A DNA stretch of 37,875 nt from an uncultured virus (IMG/VR IMGVR_UViG_3300008108_005860). Lineage: Duplodnaviria; Heunggongvirae; Uroviricota; Caudoviricetes. Positions 17,894 through 27,284 of this stretch are shown here, in pieces; positions within the stretch are counted from its first letter, which is position 1; each line of letters opens with the position of its first letter. The DNA is taken from the IMG/VR virus record IMGVR_UViG_3300008108_005860; one strand, written 5' to 3'. Made by a program: the position numbers and the translations under genes. The notes under the pieces are model-generated. The model was not told where the DNA came from. It saw only the letters and a list, made by a program, of their open reading frames with translations, and ran no database searches.

Positions 17894-18385
17894 ATGGGAC
17901 GCCCACTCAAAATCGCAAAATACAACACTGCTCAATCCGTGCAGATCGACATCGGTTATCCTACATCCACGCCCAACGTTGGTGTTGTTGGTGGTAATAC
18001 ATCGGTCAGTGATACATTTTATCTCGCTGCTAATGTACTGGCCAACGTACCAGGTGCAGGCGCAGGTGAAGCATACATCATCCGCCAAAAAGGCAAGCGC
18101 AAGTTCCTGGTCACACTGACCACAGATACCACACAGGCCTATGCCAATATCTGTGTGTTGGTCAATACTGATGATGTTGCTGCATTGACAGAAAATCAAA
18201 TGGCCATTGTTGCCACAGATGCCAGTGCTGCCAATGTTACCATGCAGTATATCCAAAACAACTATGGTGTGGATTTCAGCAACGTTGGTCACTATCTGAC
18301 ATTTGCCAGCGCCAACGCTACAGTACAGCCCGACGGTTCGGGCACCAGCGGTAGATTTGACATCGTCCAGATTCCCAGCGCCTAA
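17894..18385 (+). CDS. Putative virion structural protein (MGRPLK...)
   Basis: Strong RBS, own late promoter and terminator; YIIRQKGKRKFLV motif; function inferred. Confidence 0.75.
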   Translation: MGRPLKIAKYNTAQSVQIDIGYPTSTPNVGVVGGNTSVSDTFYLAANVLANVPGAGAGEAYIIRQKGKRKFLVTLTTDTTQAYANICVLVNTDDVAALTENQMAIVATDASAANVTMQYIQNNYGVDFSNVGHYLTFASANATVQPDGSGTSGRFDIVQIPSA

Positions 18386-18402
18386 AGCACTGGTTCTACT
18401 GC

Positions 18403-18440
18403 AAAGAATCCCCGACATCGCAAGATACGGGGATTTTTTT
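18403..18440 (+). terminator. Intrinsic terminator
   Basis: GAATCCCCG...ATC-GCAA-GAT...CGGGGATTT followed by a T run. Confidence 0.8.
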
Positions 18441-18486
18441 ACATTTCCAAACTACTAAATAATACAAACTAGGATCACAAGCAGAT

Positions 18487-21006
18487 ATGCCTTCATCTAA
18501 AAGAGTTACCGGTAATTTTAATTTCTGGACCGGCGCCAGTGAAAATTGGCAATATTTTGACTCCACGTCAAATTCACTTGTCACAGTTCGCCGCGGCAAC
18601 AAAGACACTGTTTTTCAGTCTGCAAATTTAGTAGTTTATGGTAATATCGTAGGACTGGGCGGCAATATCTATGCCAACATCACAGGCAATGTTGTTTTGC
18701 CCAGCGGAACCGATTACGGAATTTTATACAAAGCCCCAGGCGGTAACGCAGCAGTATCTGATGAGTTTACTGTTGATGAAGCAAATAATGCAGTTGCAAT
18801 GACAGGCAACATTACCATAACTGGTGCAGGAAAAGGTAATCTTATAGCAAATAATGTTTCGTCAAATCGCGTGACAGCAACTTTTGCCAATATCACATCA
18901 GCCAACATTGGCTCGGCCAATATCGCAACCAACGGCAACATCACAGCTGGCAACATCCGAGCAGTGTCATATCTCAATCTTGCTGGTGCAAATGTGCTGT
19001 ACGGCAATGCCAATGTGGCAGCTTATCTACCAAGTTATCTACCAACATATACCGGTAATCTAGTGTCATTGACAGGCAATGTCACGACCACTGCTAATAT
19101 TTCTGCTGCTTATATTTTAGGCAACGGTGCTTTTATCACAGGACTATCGTCGGCATATAGTAATGCTAATGTGGCCAATTACTTGCCTGTGTATTCGGGC
19201 AATTTGGATAGTCTTGCTGGCAATGTCACTACCACAGCCAATATCTCTGCCAGTTATGTGCTGGGCAATGGAGCATTCCTGTCAGGCATCGTTACCAGCA
19301 GTTATTCAAATGCCAATGTGGCCAATTACTTGGTTTCCTACACCGGTAATATTTCTGCTGGCAATGTCTCCATCAGCGGTGCCCTAACGACGGTCACATC
19401 TAATGTCACTGGCCTGGCTGTGTTTTCCAGTGTGGCCAATCTGCGCATACCTGGAGGCAACATTGGTCAAGCATTGATCAGCGACGGTGCCAACGGTGTG
19501 GAGTTCCAAAACATATCGGCAACCCCGGGAAATTCCCCAGGGTCTTTCCAGTACAATTCCAATGGCACCGCCTTGTACGGTGTAGATGATTTTGTCTATG
19601 ACACTTCAAATATTGCAGCACCCAACATTAGAATCAGCAATCTAAGCCTTAACATCTATCAAGGAGCAAATTCAACTGACACCAATACCCTGACTGTGGC
19701 AGGCAACATCCGGCTGCAGACAGCCACTATTGGCAACACAGAACTGGCCAATAGCGGTGTGTTGATCATGGCAGGTATTGACAAATTATACTTGGAAGAT
19801 TTACAAGGCAACACCTATGATGGCCAGTTTGTTGTGGCCAACGGAGAATATCTTGGTTTTGCCAACGGCTATTCCAATGCCAATGTAGACTACTACTTGC
19901 CTACATACACAGGCAACATCTCAGCAGGCAACATCACAACCACCGGCAATGTTCGTGCAGCAAATTTCATAGTAGAAAACAGCATCGTGGCAACAAGTGC
20001 TAGTCCTGCGGCCACTCTTTCAGGATTTAGATCTATCTCTACCAGTGGCACTGCCAATGGCAATATCACTGCTTCTGGCAATATTGTGGCTGTGGCCAAT
20101 GTGTTTGGTTTATCCGGCATATTCACATCCAACATTTCTGGTGGTAATATTGCAGTGACAGATCGAATAACATTTGGTGATGGCACCTATCAGAACACAG
20201 CTTGGACAGGAGTGGCTAACAATTACATAGCTCTGGGCACTGGAGCAGGTGGGGCCACACAAAGCCAGACTGCGGTGGCCATTGGAGTGAACGCAGGCAA
20301 TGTTGCCCAAGACTATTACACAGTGGCCATTGGCATAGGTGCTGGACAAAATACACAACTGGCCGGTGCCATAGCCATTGGTGCAGAAGCCGGCGGCAAC
20401 AGCCAAGGAACCAATTCCATAGCCATTGGTTTCCGCGCAGGTCGTGTGAATCAAGCCAACAATTCCATAGTGTTGAACGGCACAGGGGCCAATCTAAATA
20501 ACACCACGGCCAATTCGTTTGTGGTAGCACCTATTAGAAACACATCGGGCAACGCAGGCATATTACAATACAACAACAGTACCAAGGAAGTCACTTACAG
20601 CACAACAGTAAACGGCAATATACAAGTCAATCAACTGGGTGTTGGTACTGCACCTTCGGGTACCAATGGCGAGATTGTGGCCACAGGCAATATCATTGCA
20701 TACTTCTCAGACGATAGGCTCAAAACAAGATTGGGCAATATAGAAAACGCACTGGACAAAGTTGATCAGTTGACCACATTCTACTTTGAGCCCAATGACA
20801 TAGCAGTCAATACCTATGGTTATACCCGACATCGCGATCTTGGTGTGTCGGCACAAGAAGTGGCCAATGTAGTGCCTGAGATCATAGCCGATGCACCCAT
20901 AGGTGACGGATATCTCACAGTCAAGTATGAAAGATTTGCTCCATTGATTATTGCTGCCATCAAAGAGTTACGTCAAGAAATCAATGATATCAAACGCAAA
21001 CTATGA
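18487..21006 (+). CDS. Tail fibre protein with YadA-head-like repeats and C-terminal intramolecular chaperone (peptidase S74 type)
   Basis: GNI/ANI repeats, five AIGxxAG repeats, SDDRLKT...IENALDKV...GVSAQEV...YLTVKYE...IAAIKEL; CTAAATA promoter at 18455-18461. Confidence 0.88.
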   Translation: MPSSKRVTGNFNFWTGASENWQYFDSTSNSLVTVRRGNKDTVFQSANLVVYGNIVGLGGNIYANITGNVVLPSGTDYGILYKAPGGNAAVSDEFTVDEANNAVAMTGNITITGAGKGNLIANNVSSNRVTATFANITSANIGSANIATNGNITAGNIRAVSYLNLAGANVLYGNANVAAYLPSYLPTYTGNLVSLTGNVTTTANISAAYILGNGAFITGLSSAYSNANVANYLPVYSGNLDSLAGNVTTTANISASYVLGNGAFLSGIVTSSYSNANVANYLVSYTGNISAGNVSISGALTTVTSNVTGLAVFSSVANLRIPGGNIGQALISDGANGVEFQNISATPGNSPGSFQYNSNGTALYGVDDFVYDTSNIAAPNIRISNLSLNIYQGANSTDTNTLTVAGNIRLQTATIGNTELANSGVLIMAGIDKLYLEDLQGNTYDGQFVVANGEYLGFANGYSNANVDYYLPTYTGNISAGNITTTGNVRAANFIVENSIVATSASPAATLSGFRSISTSGTANGNITASGNIVAVANVFGLSGIFTSNISGGNIAVTDRITFGDGTYQNTAWTGVANNYIALGTGAGGATQSQTAVAIGVNAGNVAQDYYTVAIGIGAGQNTQLAGAIAIGAEAGGNSQGTNSIAIGFRAGRVNQANNSIVLNGTGANLNNTTANSFVVAPIRNTSGNAGILQYNNSTKEVTYSTTVNGNIQVNQLGVGTAPSGTNGEIVATGNIIAYFSDDRLKTRLGNIENALDKVDQLTTFYFEPNDIAVNTYGYTRHRDLGVSAQEVANVVPEIIADAPIGDGYLTVKYERFAPLIIAAIKELRQEINDIKRKL

Positions 21007-21323
21007 CAGTGATAGTAACACAAGACGCAGCAGGTAATACTGTATGTGCTCAAGCAGATGACGGCGATGTGCTTACGTTAGCAGCACCCGCAGGTAAAAT
21101 TTTCAACATTTTAGTATTTGCCAGTTACGGCAATCCTGGGGGACTGGCACCCAATTTTGAATATGGCAACAATAACTGCCGATCCAGCCGTGCTGTAGTG
21201 GCCAATGTTTTTGCCAATCAAAATTCTGCTGCCTTGGCAGTGTCTAGTGAAATCTTTGGTGATCCGTTTCCTGGACAGCCTGGAAGATTATATCTGAGAT
21301 ATGCCTACGGGGATCCTGTATGA
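21003..21323 (+). CDS. SUEL/Gal_lectin-like (rhamnose/galactose-binding) domain protein
   Basis: LTLAAPAGK...FASYGNP...FGDPFPG...LYLRY matches the lectin pattern LxCP...ASYG...FGDPCPG...L; ATGA-coupled on both sides. Confidence 0.7.
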   Translation: MTVIVTQDAAGNTVCAQADDGDVLTLAAPAGKIFNILVFASYGNPGGLAPNFEYGNNNCRSSRAVVANVFANQNSAALAVSSEIFGDPFPGQPGRLYLRYAYGDPV

Positions 21324-22153
21324 CGCTGCCTGTGTCCGGTGCCATTGGCGCAGGAATGATCAACGTGGAGTTAGGCAATACTGCTACCACTACTTTTGCG
21401 CTTGGCAGTTCGTCGGCCAGGTATCTAGCCAATGTGTTTACTGGTCCAATAGGATATGGCAGTTTTTATGGCAAGGCATTGTCGGGCAATGTGCCTACGC
21501 CAGAATTTACCAATCCAGGATTTGAAACCGGCACTACCACTGGTTGGAATTTTGTCAATAGCCGATTTAGATTCAACAGTTCAGGTAATACTCCTACCGT
21601 GATCAATGGTGTGGCTGCACCGCCTGATCCTGATCCTGATCCTTACAGCAGTCCCGGGGATACCTGTAATCTCTTTCAATCTGGACCCACATACACCAGC
21701 AGTGTATCATTGTACAGTTCTCCAGGAGTCCCGGCTGGACCGCCAGGGGGATTATTGTACGGTGCTGTCATGCAAAGCACAGCTGACATGGATGCTGCAT
21801 TTGGTTATAACATTCTATACGGGCCTTATATCTACAGCACCAATCCCGTGATAGCCAATGTGGGTCAAACTCTATCGTTTTACTGGCGAGCCTACGATAC
21901 AGGAAACCCTTCAACTAGCGACGCTTACTGTGTAAGAGCATACGCTTTTACCTCCACAGGACAGTATATTACTCTTTTAAATCAAACTGCTTCGGCTGCA
22001 GGAACGGATTCTGGTTGGGTGCAGTCCAGCACTGTGATAGGTTCTGGGCAAGCAGGCTACTACTATTTTTGTTTTGTCTGCGGATCCTACGACGCCACGG
22101 GCGGTACAGTGTTAGGATCTACGCTGCTGCTTGATGAAGTAGTGATAACATAA
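21320..22153 (+). CDS. Putative fibre-tip adhesin with carbohydrate-binding-like domain
   Basis: N-terminal MTLPVSGAI...INVELG...SFYGK module commonly found after chaperone-bearing fibres; NPGFETGTTTGW start typical of jelly-roll CBM-like domains. Confidence 0.6.
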   Translation: MTLPVSGAIGAGMINVELGNTATTTFALGSSSARYLANVFTGPIGYGSFYGKALSGNVPTPEFTNPGFETGTTTGWNFVNSRFRFNSSGNTPTVINGVAAPPDPDPDPYSSPGDTCNLFQSGPTYTSSVSLYSSPGVPAGPPGGLLYGAVMQSTADMDAAFGYNILYGPYIYSTNPVIANVGQTLSFYWRAYDTGNPSTSDAYCVRAYAFTSTGQYITLLNQTASAAGTDSGWVQSSTVIGSGQAGYYYFCFVCGSYDATGGTVLGSTLLLDEVVIT

Positions 22154-22162
22154 ATTTTCAAT

Positions 22163-22186
22163 TATAAATAGAAATCTTAATAAATA
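22163..22186 (+). promoter_or_regulatory. Tandem late promoters TATAAATA and ATAAATA
   Basis: At 22163-22170 and 22180-22186, before a GGAGGAG RBS. Confidence 0.7.
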
Positions 22187-22205
22187 ACTCACGGAGGAGA
22201 AATTA

Positions 22206-22553
22206 ATGTCACATTTCGCTAAAATTGAAGGCGGTATTGTTACCCAAGTTATTGTAGCCGAACAGGATTTTATCAATTCTGGCGCAGTGGGCAATGCCGC
22301 AGACTGGGTACAAACCAGTTACAACACACACGCTGGGCAACACCCCGAAGGTCGCCCCTTGCGTAAAAATTATGCAGGTATTGGCTACAGTTATGATGCA
22401 GGCCGCGATGCTTTTATTCCGCCCAAACCCCACAACAGTTGGGTCTTGGATGAGGATACTTGTCTTTGGAATGCACCAGTGGCTTATCCCACAGATGGCA
22501 ATCGTTACGAATGGAACGAAGGCACTACATCTTGGGATCAGATTCCTGAATAA
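22206..22553 (+). CDS. Conserved-type hypothetical protein of fibre clusters (MSHFAKI...)
   Basis: Strong RBS; WVQTSYN...RKNYAGIGY.YD...DAFIPPKP motif. Confidence 0.85.
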   Translation: MSHFAKIEGGIVTQVIVAEQDFINSGAVGNAADWVQTSYNTHAGQHPEGRPLRKNYAGIGYSYDAGRDAFIPPKPHNSWVLDEDTCLWNAPVAYPTDGNRYEWNEGTTSWDQIPE

Positions 22554-22603
22554 CAGCAGCCAAAAAAAAAATATCTTAGGCATACTGGATACTAATTAAA
22601 AGT

Positions 22604-23347
22604 ATGCCTAAGAAACTTGCTCAAGCCGAACAAAACGGCACTATGCCGTCTAAAGAAATCAAAACAGTAAAAACTCCGCGAGTTAAAAAAACACTGGCAG
22701 TGTCCACAGAAAAAACTGCGGATAACACATCCAAGACAGAGTCTTCACCAAGTGTATTAAAAATACAACAGCCTTCTACTGTATGGCCCTTCCAGCTTGA
22801 TCACGTGGAAGATTGGGCATATTTCCAAGGCGCATTTTCACCCGAAGACTGTCAAAAAATAGTTGAGATAGGCAATAGTCGCTTGGTAGAAGATGCACGT
22901 ATCCGCGGTAATCAAGTGGATACCAAAATCCGAGACAGCAAAACTGCTTGGATCATGCCCAACGATGACAGCGATTGGATGTTTAGGCGCGTCACAGACA
23001 TTATCGTTGATTTGAATTCTAGATTTTTCAAGTTTGATCTGTTTGGCTTTATCGAAGGATTTCAGTTTACACGCTATGATGCTCCTGGTGGCAAATATAA
23101 TCAGCACGTGGACCGTGGACTCAATACCTGGACACGCAAACTAAGCTTTACACTGCAGTTATCCGACCCCAAGGACTACAAGGGTGGCGAATTGGAACTG
23201 TACTTTGGTGAAGAACCAACCAAGCCATCTAAAGACCAGGGATTTATTGCAGTGTTTCCCAGCTATGTGCTACACAGGGTAACGCCCGTGACCAAGGGCA
23301 CTAGATACAGCCTTGTGGCCTGGATCACAGGACCGTCATTTAAGTAG
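22604..23347 (+). CDS. 2OG-Fe(II) oxygenase (prolyl-hydroxylase-like)
   Basis: HVD...RKLS...YKGGEL...FPSYVLHRVTPVTKGTRYSLVAW gives the HxD...H triad and RxS. Confidence 0.92.
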   Translation: MPKKLAQAEQNGTMPSKEIKTVKTPRVKKTLAVSTEKTADNTSKTESSPSVLKIQQPSTVWPFQLDHVEDWAYFQGAFSPEDCQKIVEIGNSRLVEDARIRGNQVDTKIRDSKTAWIMPNDDSDWMFRRVTDIIVDLNSRFFKFDLFGFIEGFQFTRYDAPGGKYNQHVDRGLNTWTRKLSFTLQLSDPKDYKGGELELYFGEEPTKPSKDQGFIAVFPSYVLHRVTPVTKGTRYSLVAWITGPSFK

Positions 23348-23364
23348 CACACCTGGTACCAACC

Positions 23365-23400
23365 GCTGTTTCCGCTAAATAGTTGTAAATTGGAAACAGC
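23365..23400 (+). promoter_or_regulatory. RBS-sequestering hairpin with late promoter GCTAAATA in the loop
   Basis: GCTGTTTCC (23365-23373) pairs perfectly with GGAAACAGC (23392-23400); ATG at 23403. Confidence 0.7.
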
Positions 23401-23402
23401 TT

Positions 23403-26108
23403 ATGCCAGCAACAAAACCCCGCGCATACCAAGTATACGACATCGACTGGAAACAGGCGGTTCGTGCTTTATCTGACTCAAACATCAATCTAGCCAGCCC
23501 TGGCGCACTGGTCATTGACGCAGTGGTGTTAGATCCCTATGATCGTGTGTTGTTGACAGCACAGACCAATGCCACCGAAAACGGCATATATCAGGTCAAT
23601 GCTGCGCAGACATTGTTGGTGCCTGCACCAGACTGGGTCAATATCAATTCTGGATTGAGTTCCGCAGTGAACTCAGGATTGACTGTGGCCGTCACCGAAG
23701 GTGCAGATTATGCACAGACCACTTGGACATTGACCACGCCCAATCCCGTTGTGATTGGTGTAACGGCCATAGTATTTGAACCAGTGCCTGAAGCCAGCGA
23801 TCGCATAGGCAATATCTACTTTGATGGTGCCACCATTGAGTTGGCCAACGGCGCATCCGAAACAGCTATCGCTATCAGGCCCAACGGTGCTTCTGGCCTA
23901 GCGGGTATTACCATACCCGATGACGCAGCCGCCAACTCGTTCAGTTTAAATATTTTTAATTTTGCCAACAGAGGCAATGTCAAGATCGACACCAACAGTG
24001 GTGATTGGGTTTTTGACTACTCAGGCAATCTCACAGCCACAGGTTACATCACAGCCAATTACTTTGTTGGAGATGGCGGACTATTGAGTAACATATCTGT
24101 AGTGGATGGATATAGTAACGCTAACGTGGCCAACTATCTTCCCACTTACAGTGGCAATCTAGCATCATTGACTGGCAATGTCACTACCAATGCTAATATT
24201 TCAGGATCTTACATTTTAGGCAACGGCAGGCAACTGTCAGGCATAGACAGAATATCCAATGGCACATCCAACATTGTGATCTTAGATAACGGTAACGTTG
24301 AGATCACCAGCGGATCTGAAACTTGGTTTTTCATCAATAGCGGCGCCATGCATTGTCCCCCGGTGTCCACTATCTATGCTGAAGGCACAGGTGAAATGTC
24401 TTTGCAAGTGGCCAACAACACCATAGCAGAAGCCACGATAAATCTAGGCTACAATGGTCCAGAGAGTACCTATATTCAAATAGTCGCCGAATCAGAAGAT
24501 GAAAGACTAGCACAGTTTGAACTAACTGCTAATGACGGTTCCAATAACTTTGCTAGAATTATAACTTTTGATGGCAACAGCCAAAATTACTTTTGGAAAT
24601 TTTCGGGCGAAGGTATTTTTCTAGTTCCTGGGAAATTTTCGGGCGAAGGTATTTTTCTAGTTCCTGGCGACATCATTCCAGTGGCCAACGGTAGCCGTAG
24701 TCTGGGTAATGTAACAAATCAATGGAATGATCTTTATGTCAGTAACAATACCATTTATCTCGGCAATGTGCCACTGGCAGTTACCAGTGCCAACGGATTG
24801 ACCATTGGTGGACAGACAGTGCTATCCAACGGGTCAAATGCCGCAATCACTACCACGGGCAACATCACTGCCAACTATTTTATTGGCAACGGATCACAAC
24901 TTACAGGATTACCTGCTGCTTATAGCAATGTCAATGTTGCTGCATATCTGCCCACATACACAGGCAACATCACAGCAGGTAATGTCAGTGCCACCGGTAA
25001 CATCACAGGCGGCAACGTCAACACTGGCAAGATCACACTCACCAACGGTGCTATGATACGAGACACCGCAGGTGATGCAGTGGCCATTGGACAACAAGCT
25101 GGTGAAACATCACAAGGCAACTATGCAGTGGCCCTGGGCTTTCAAGCTGCCATAACCTCACAAGGCATTGGAGCAGTGGCCATTGGTCGAGAAGCCGGCA
25201 ACGCACAAGGTGCCTACGCAGTGGCCATTGGTCAAGAAGCAGGGTTTTCAGGGCAGAGCAGTGGTGCTATAGCCATTGGCTTAGAGGCCGGCGAGACTGA
25301 TCAAGGCGGCGATTCAGTGGCTATTGGTTACCGGGCTGGAGGGGAAAATCAAGACATCTATGCAGTGGCCATAGGCTACCAAGCTGGTAACAACACCCAA
25401 GGTGGTTCAGCAGTGGCCATTGGTGAAATGGCTGGTACCGACACACAAGGCGTCTCAGCAGTGGCCGTAGGTGACGGAGCTGGTCGAATCACACAAGGCG
25501 AATATGCGGTAGCCCTGGGTCGAGCAGCCGGCGACACCAATCAGGGCAACAATTCGATCATCATCAATGCCACTGGTGGCATACTTAATCAAACCACTGC
25601 CAATACATTCACAGTGGCACCCATACGCAATGATGTGGCCAATGTGGCTGAAGTCGTGTTCTATAATATCACATCAAAAGAAATCACCTATGGTAATGCT
25701 ATCAGTGTAACTGGCAACATCACAGGTGGAAACATTATCACCGCAGGCAACGTGTCTGGTAATATAGCAGGCTTTGCTATAGGCTACAGAGATATTCCAC
25801 AGGTCAGTTTCACAGGCAATGCAACCATAGCAGCTGCAGATGCCGGCAAGCATTTTTATTCAACAGAAAGCACCAACTATGTTCTGACCATTGCTAACAA
25901 TTCCAGTCAGGTTTTCCAAGTAGGTACGGCTATCACAGTGGTCAATCGCGGCACGGGCACTATCACTATTGCACAGGGCTCGGGCGTGAGTTTATATCTA
26001 GCAGGTAACAGCACTGCTGGCAACAGAACTATTTCTACCTATGGCATGGCCAGCCTGCTGAATGTGGCAGCGAATGTTTGGATGATCAACGGCACCGGAG
26101 TGACCTAA
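23403..26108 (+). CDS. Fibre protein with YadA-head-like repeats
   Basis: N-terminal DWKQAVR...DRVLL..Q...ENGIY attachment-type domain, GNI repeats, ten AVAIGxxAG repeats, C-terminal beta domain. Confidence 0.85.
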   Translation: MPATKPRAYQVYDIDWKQAVRALSDSNINLASPGALVIDAVVLDPYDRVLLTAQTNATENGIYQVNAAQTLLVPAPDWVNINSGLSSAVNSGLTVAVTEGADYAQTTWTLTTPNPVVIGVTAIVFEPVPEASDRIGNIYFDGATIELANGASETAIAIRPNGASGLAGITIPDDAAANSFSLNIFNFANRGNVKIDTNSGDWVFDYSGNLTATGYITANYFVGDGGLLSNISVVDGYSNANVANYLPTYSGNLASLTGNVTTNANISGSYILGNGRQLSGIDRISNGTSNIVILDNGNVEITSGSETWFFINSGAMHCPPVSTIYAEGTGEMSLQVANNTIAEATINLGYNGPESTYIQIVAESEDERLAQFELTANDGSNNFARIITFDGNSQNYFWKFSGEGIFLVPGKFSGEGIFLVPGDIIPVANGSRSLGNVTNQWNDLYVSNNTIYLGNVPLAVTSANGLTIGGQTVLSNGSNAAITTTGNITANYFIGNGSQLTGLPAAYSNVNVAAYLPTYTGNITAGNVSATGNITGGNVNTGKITLTNGAMIRDTAGDAVAIGQQAGETSQGNYAVALGFQAAITSQGIGAVAIGREAGNAQGAYAVAIGQEAGFSGQSSGAIAIGLEAGETDQGGDSVAIGYRAGGENQDIYAVAIGYQAGNNTQGGSAVAIGEMAGTDTQGVSAVAVGDGAGRITQGEYAVALGRAAGDTNQGNNSIIINATGGILNQTTANTFTVAPIRNDVANVAEVVFYNITSKEITYGNAISVTGNITGGNIITAGNVSGNIAGFAIGYRDIPQVSFTGNATIAAADAGKHFYSTESTNYVLTIANNSSQVFQVGTAITVVNRGTGTITIAQGSGVSLYLAGNSTAGNRTISTYGMASLLNVAANVWMINGTGVT
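24595..24666 (+). repeat. Perfect 36-bp tandem duplication (KFSGEGIFLVPG twice)
   Basis: GGAAATTTTCGGGCGAAGGTATTTTTCTAGTTCCTG at 24595-24630 and 24631-24666. Confidence 0.97.
25074..25548 (+). repeat. Ten roughly 48-bp coding repeats (AVAIGxxAGxxxQG)
   Basis: Recurrent GCAGTGGCCATTGG-like core and 15-16 aa periodicity in the translation. Confidence 0.9.
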
Positions 26109-26149
26109 TGTCTATTTCAGAAGCGCTGAAAGGCAGGTTCGGTGTATGA
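26108..26149 (+). pseudogene. 13-codon mini-ORF MSISEALKGRFGV, probable deletion remnant
   Basis: Start overlaps the upstream stop (TAATG) and its stop overlaps the downstream start (ATGA). Confidence 0.55.
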
Positions 26150-26853
26150 GTGGTGCACAGATGATGATCATGAACAATGTCCAGCCTGCTGCATCACCTG
26201 GCTTGAGTATTATTACTTCAAATCTGCAAATGTATCTCAATGCAGCCAGTTCGTCAAGTTATCCAGGATCGGGACTTTACTGGTATGATCTCAGCGTCAA
26301 TGCCTACACCACTGACTTGGTTGGATCTCCACCATGGAATTCCACATACTTTTCCTTCAATTCGCAGTATGTTGATACTAACCAAATTCTAAAATTTGAA
26401 AACTTTTCTGTTGGTGCTTGGTTTAGAACCAGTGCAGCAGGCAATCAAATGATTTTGAGCAAGGAACAAAGCGCCGGGTCTCCTTGGAATTATCGTCTTT
26501 ATTTGAATGGTGGCCAGATCGCGGGAGACATAGCACAATCGCCCTCGTCCAGCACCACGATCACTAGCCCACTCACAAACTACAACAACAATTCGTGGTA
26601 TTTGGCCATGTTCACAAGAGATGATTCAACGCTCACGCTTTATGTGAATGGCAGTCAAGTAAACTCAGTGTCGGATACATTGACAGGCTCCATTCTAAAT
26701 GATCAAGAACTTTGGATTGGTTTAAGCCGCTATCTAGGCGGCAGTTATGCTTTTGTAGGAGATATAGGCCAAGTTTTCATCTACGATCGCGTGTTGAATT
26801 CATCAGAGATCCTGCAAAATTTTAATGTGACCAAAGCCACATACGGCCTTTAA
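26146..26853 (+). CDS. LamG/concanavalin A-like domain protein
   Basis: FSVGAWFR...WYLAMFTRD...LYVNG...GDIGQVFIYDRVLNSSEILQNF. Confidence 0.88.
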   Translation: MSGAQMMIMNNVQPAASPGLSIITSNLQMYLNAASSSSYPGSGLYWYDLSVNAYTTDLVGSPPWNSTYFSFNSQYVDTNQILKFENFSVGAWFRTSAAGNQMILSKEQSAGSPWNYRLYLNGGQIAGDIAQSPSSSTTITSPLTNYNNNSWYLAMFTRDDSTLTLYVNGSQVNSVSDTLTGSILNDQELWIGLSRYLGGSYAFVGDIGQVFIYDRVLNSSEILQNFNVTKATYGL

Positions 26854-27284
26854 CCTCGTTCAATCACTGCCAGTTTGTCTCGTATTTCTTCAATCTTGAA
26901 TGTAGCGTATAATCCTGGATGCAGAGGTTTGGGCACTGTACCTGCGGCCACCCAGGCATAGCCAATGTGTTCGTGATTTAGTGTAGGCACAAATTCTTCT
27001 GCCACGGCACAAAAGAAAGTATGATAGTTAAAGTTATTGTCATTGCTGGTAAACTTTTCAATGGGAATAAGTTTTTGATACGCAGGAACCATGCCTAGTT
27101 CTTCCCGACATTCTCGCTCCACTGCGGCCAGTATGGATTCACCTGATTCTATCTTACCACCAGGTAGTCCCCAAGAGCCTGGGTGCTTGGGATCATTGCG
27201 CAGTAGGTAAAGATATCTATGTGTGGCAGCACTGTAAAACATGATGCCTACAGCATCAACAGATTTCAAAGCACAATGCTCCAA
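26850..27284 (-). CDS. Nudix hydrolase
   Basis: Nudix box GGKIESGESILAAVERECREELG. Confidence 0.92.
   Translation of the reverse strand: MEHCALKSVDAVGIMFYSAATHRYLYLLRNDPKHPGSWGLPGGKIESGESILAAVERECREELGMVPAYQKLIPIEKFTSNDNNFNYHTFFCAVAEEFVPTLNHEHIGYAWVAAGTVPKPLHPGLYATFKIEEIRDKLAVIERG

Noticed and set aside
25074..25548. Regularly spaced repeats resembling a CRISPR array
   Set aside because: Degenerate at third codon positions and in frame within a fibre gene; these are protein repeats.
18487..26853. Diversity-generating retroelement or invertible fibre cassette
   Set aside because: No reverse transcriptase or invertase in the window, and no repeat pair differing only at adenines was seen.
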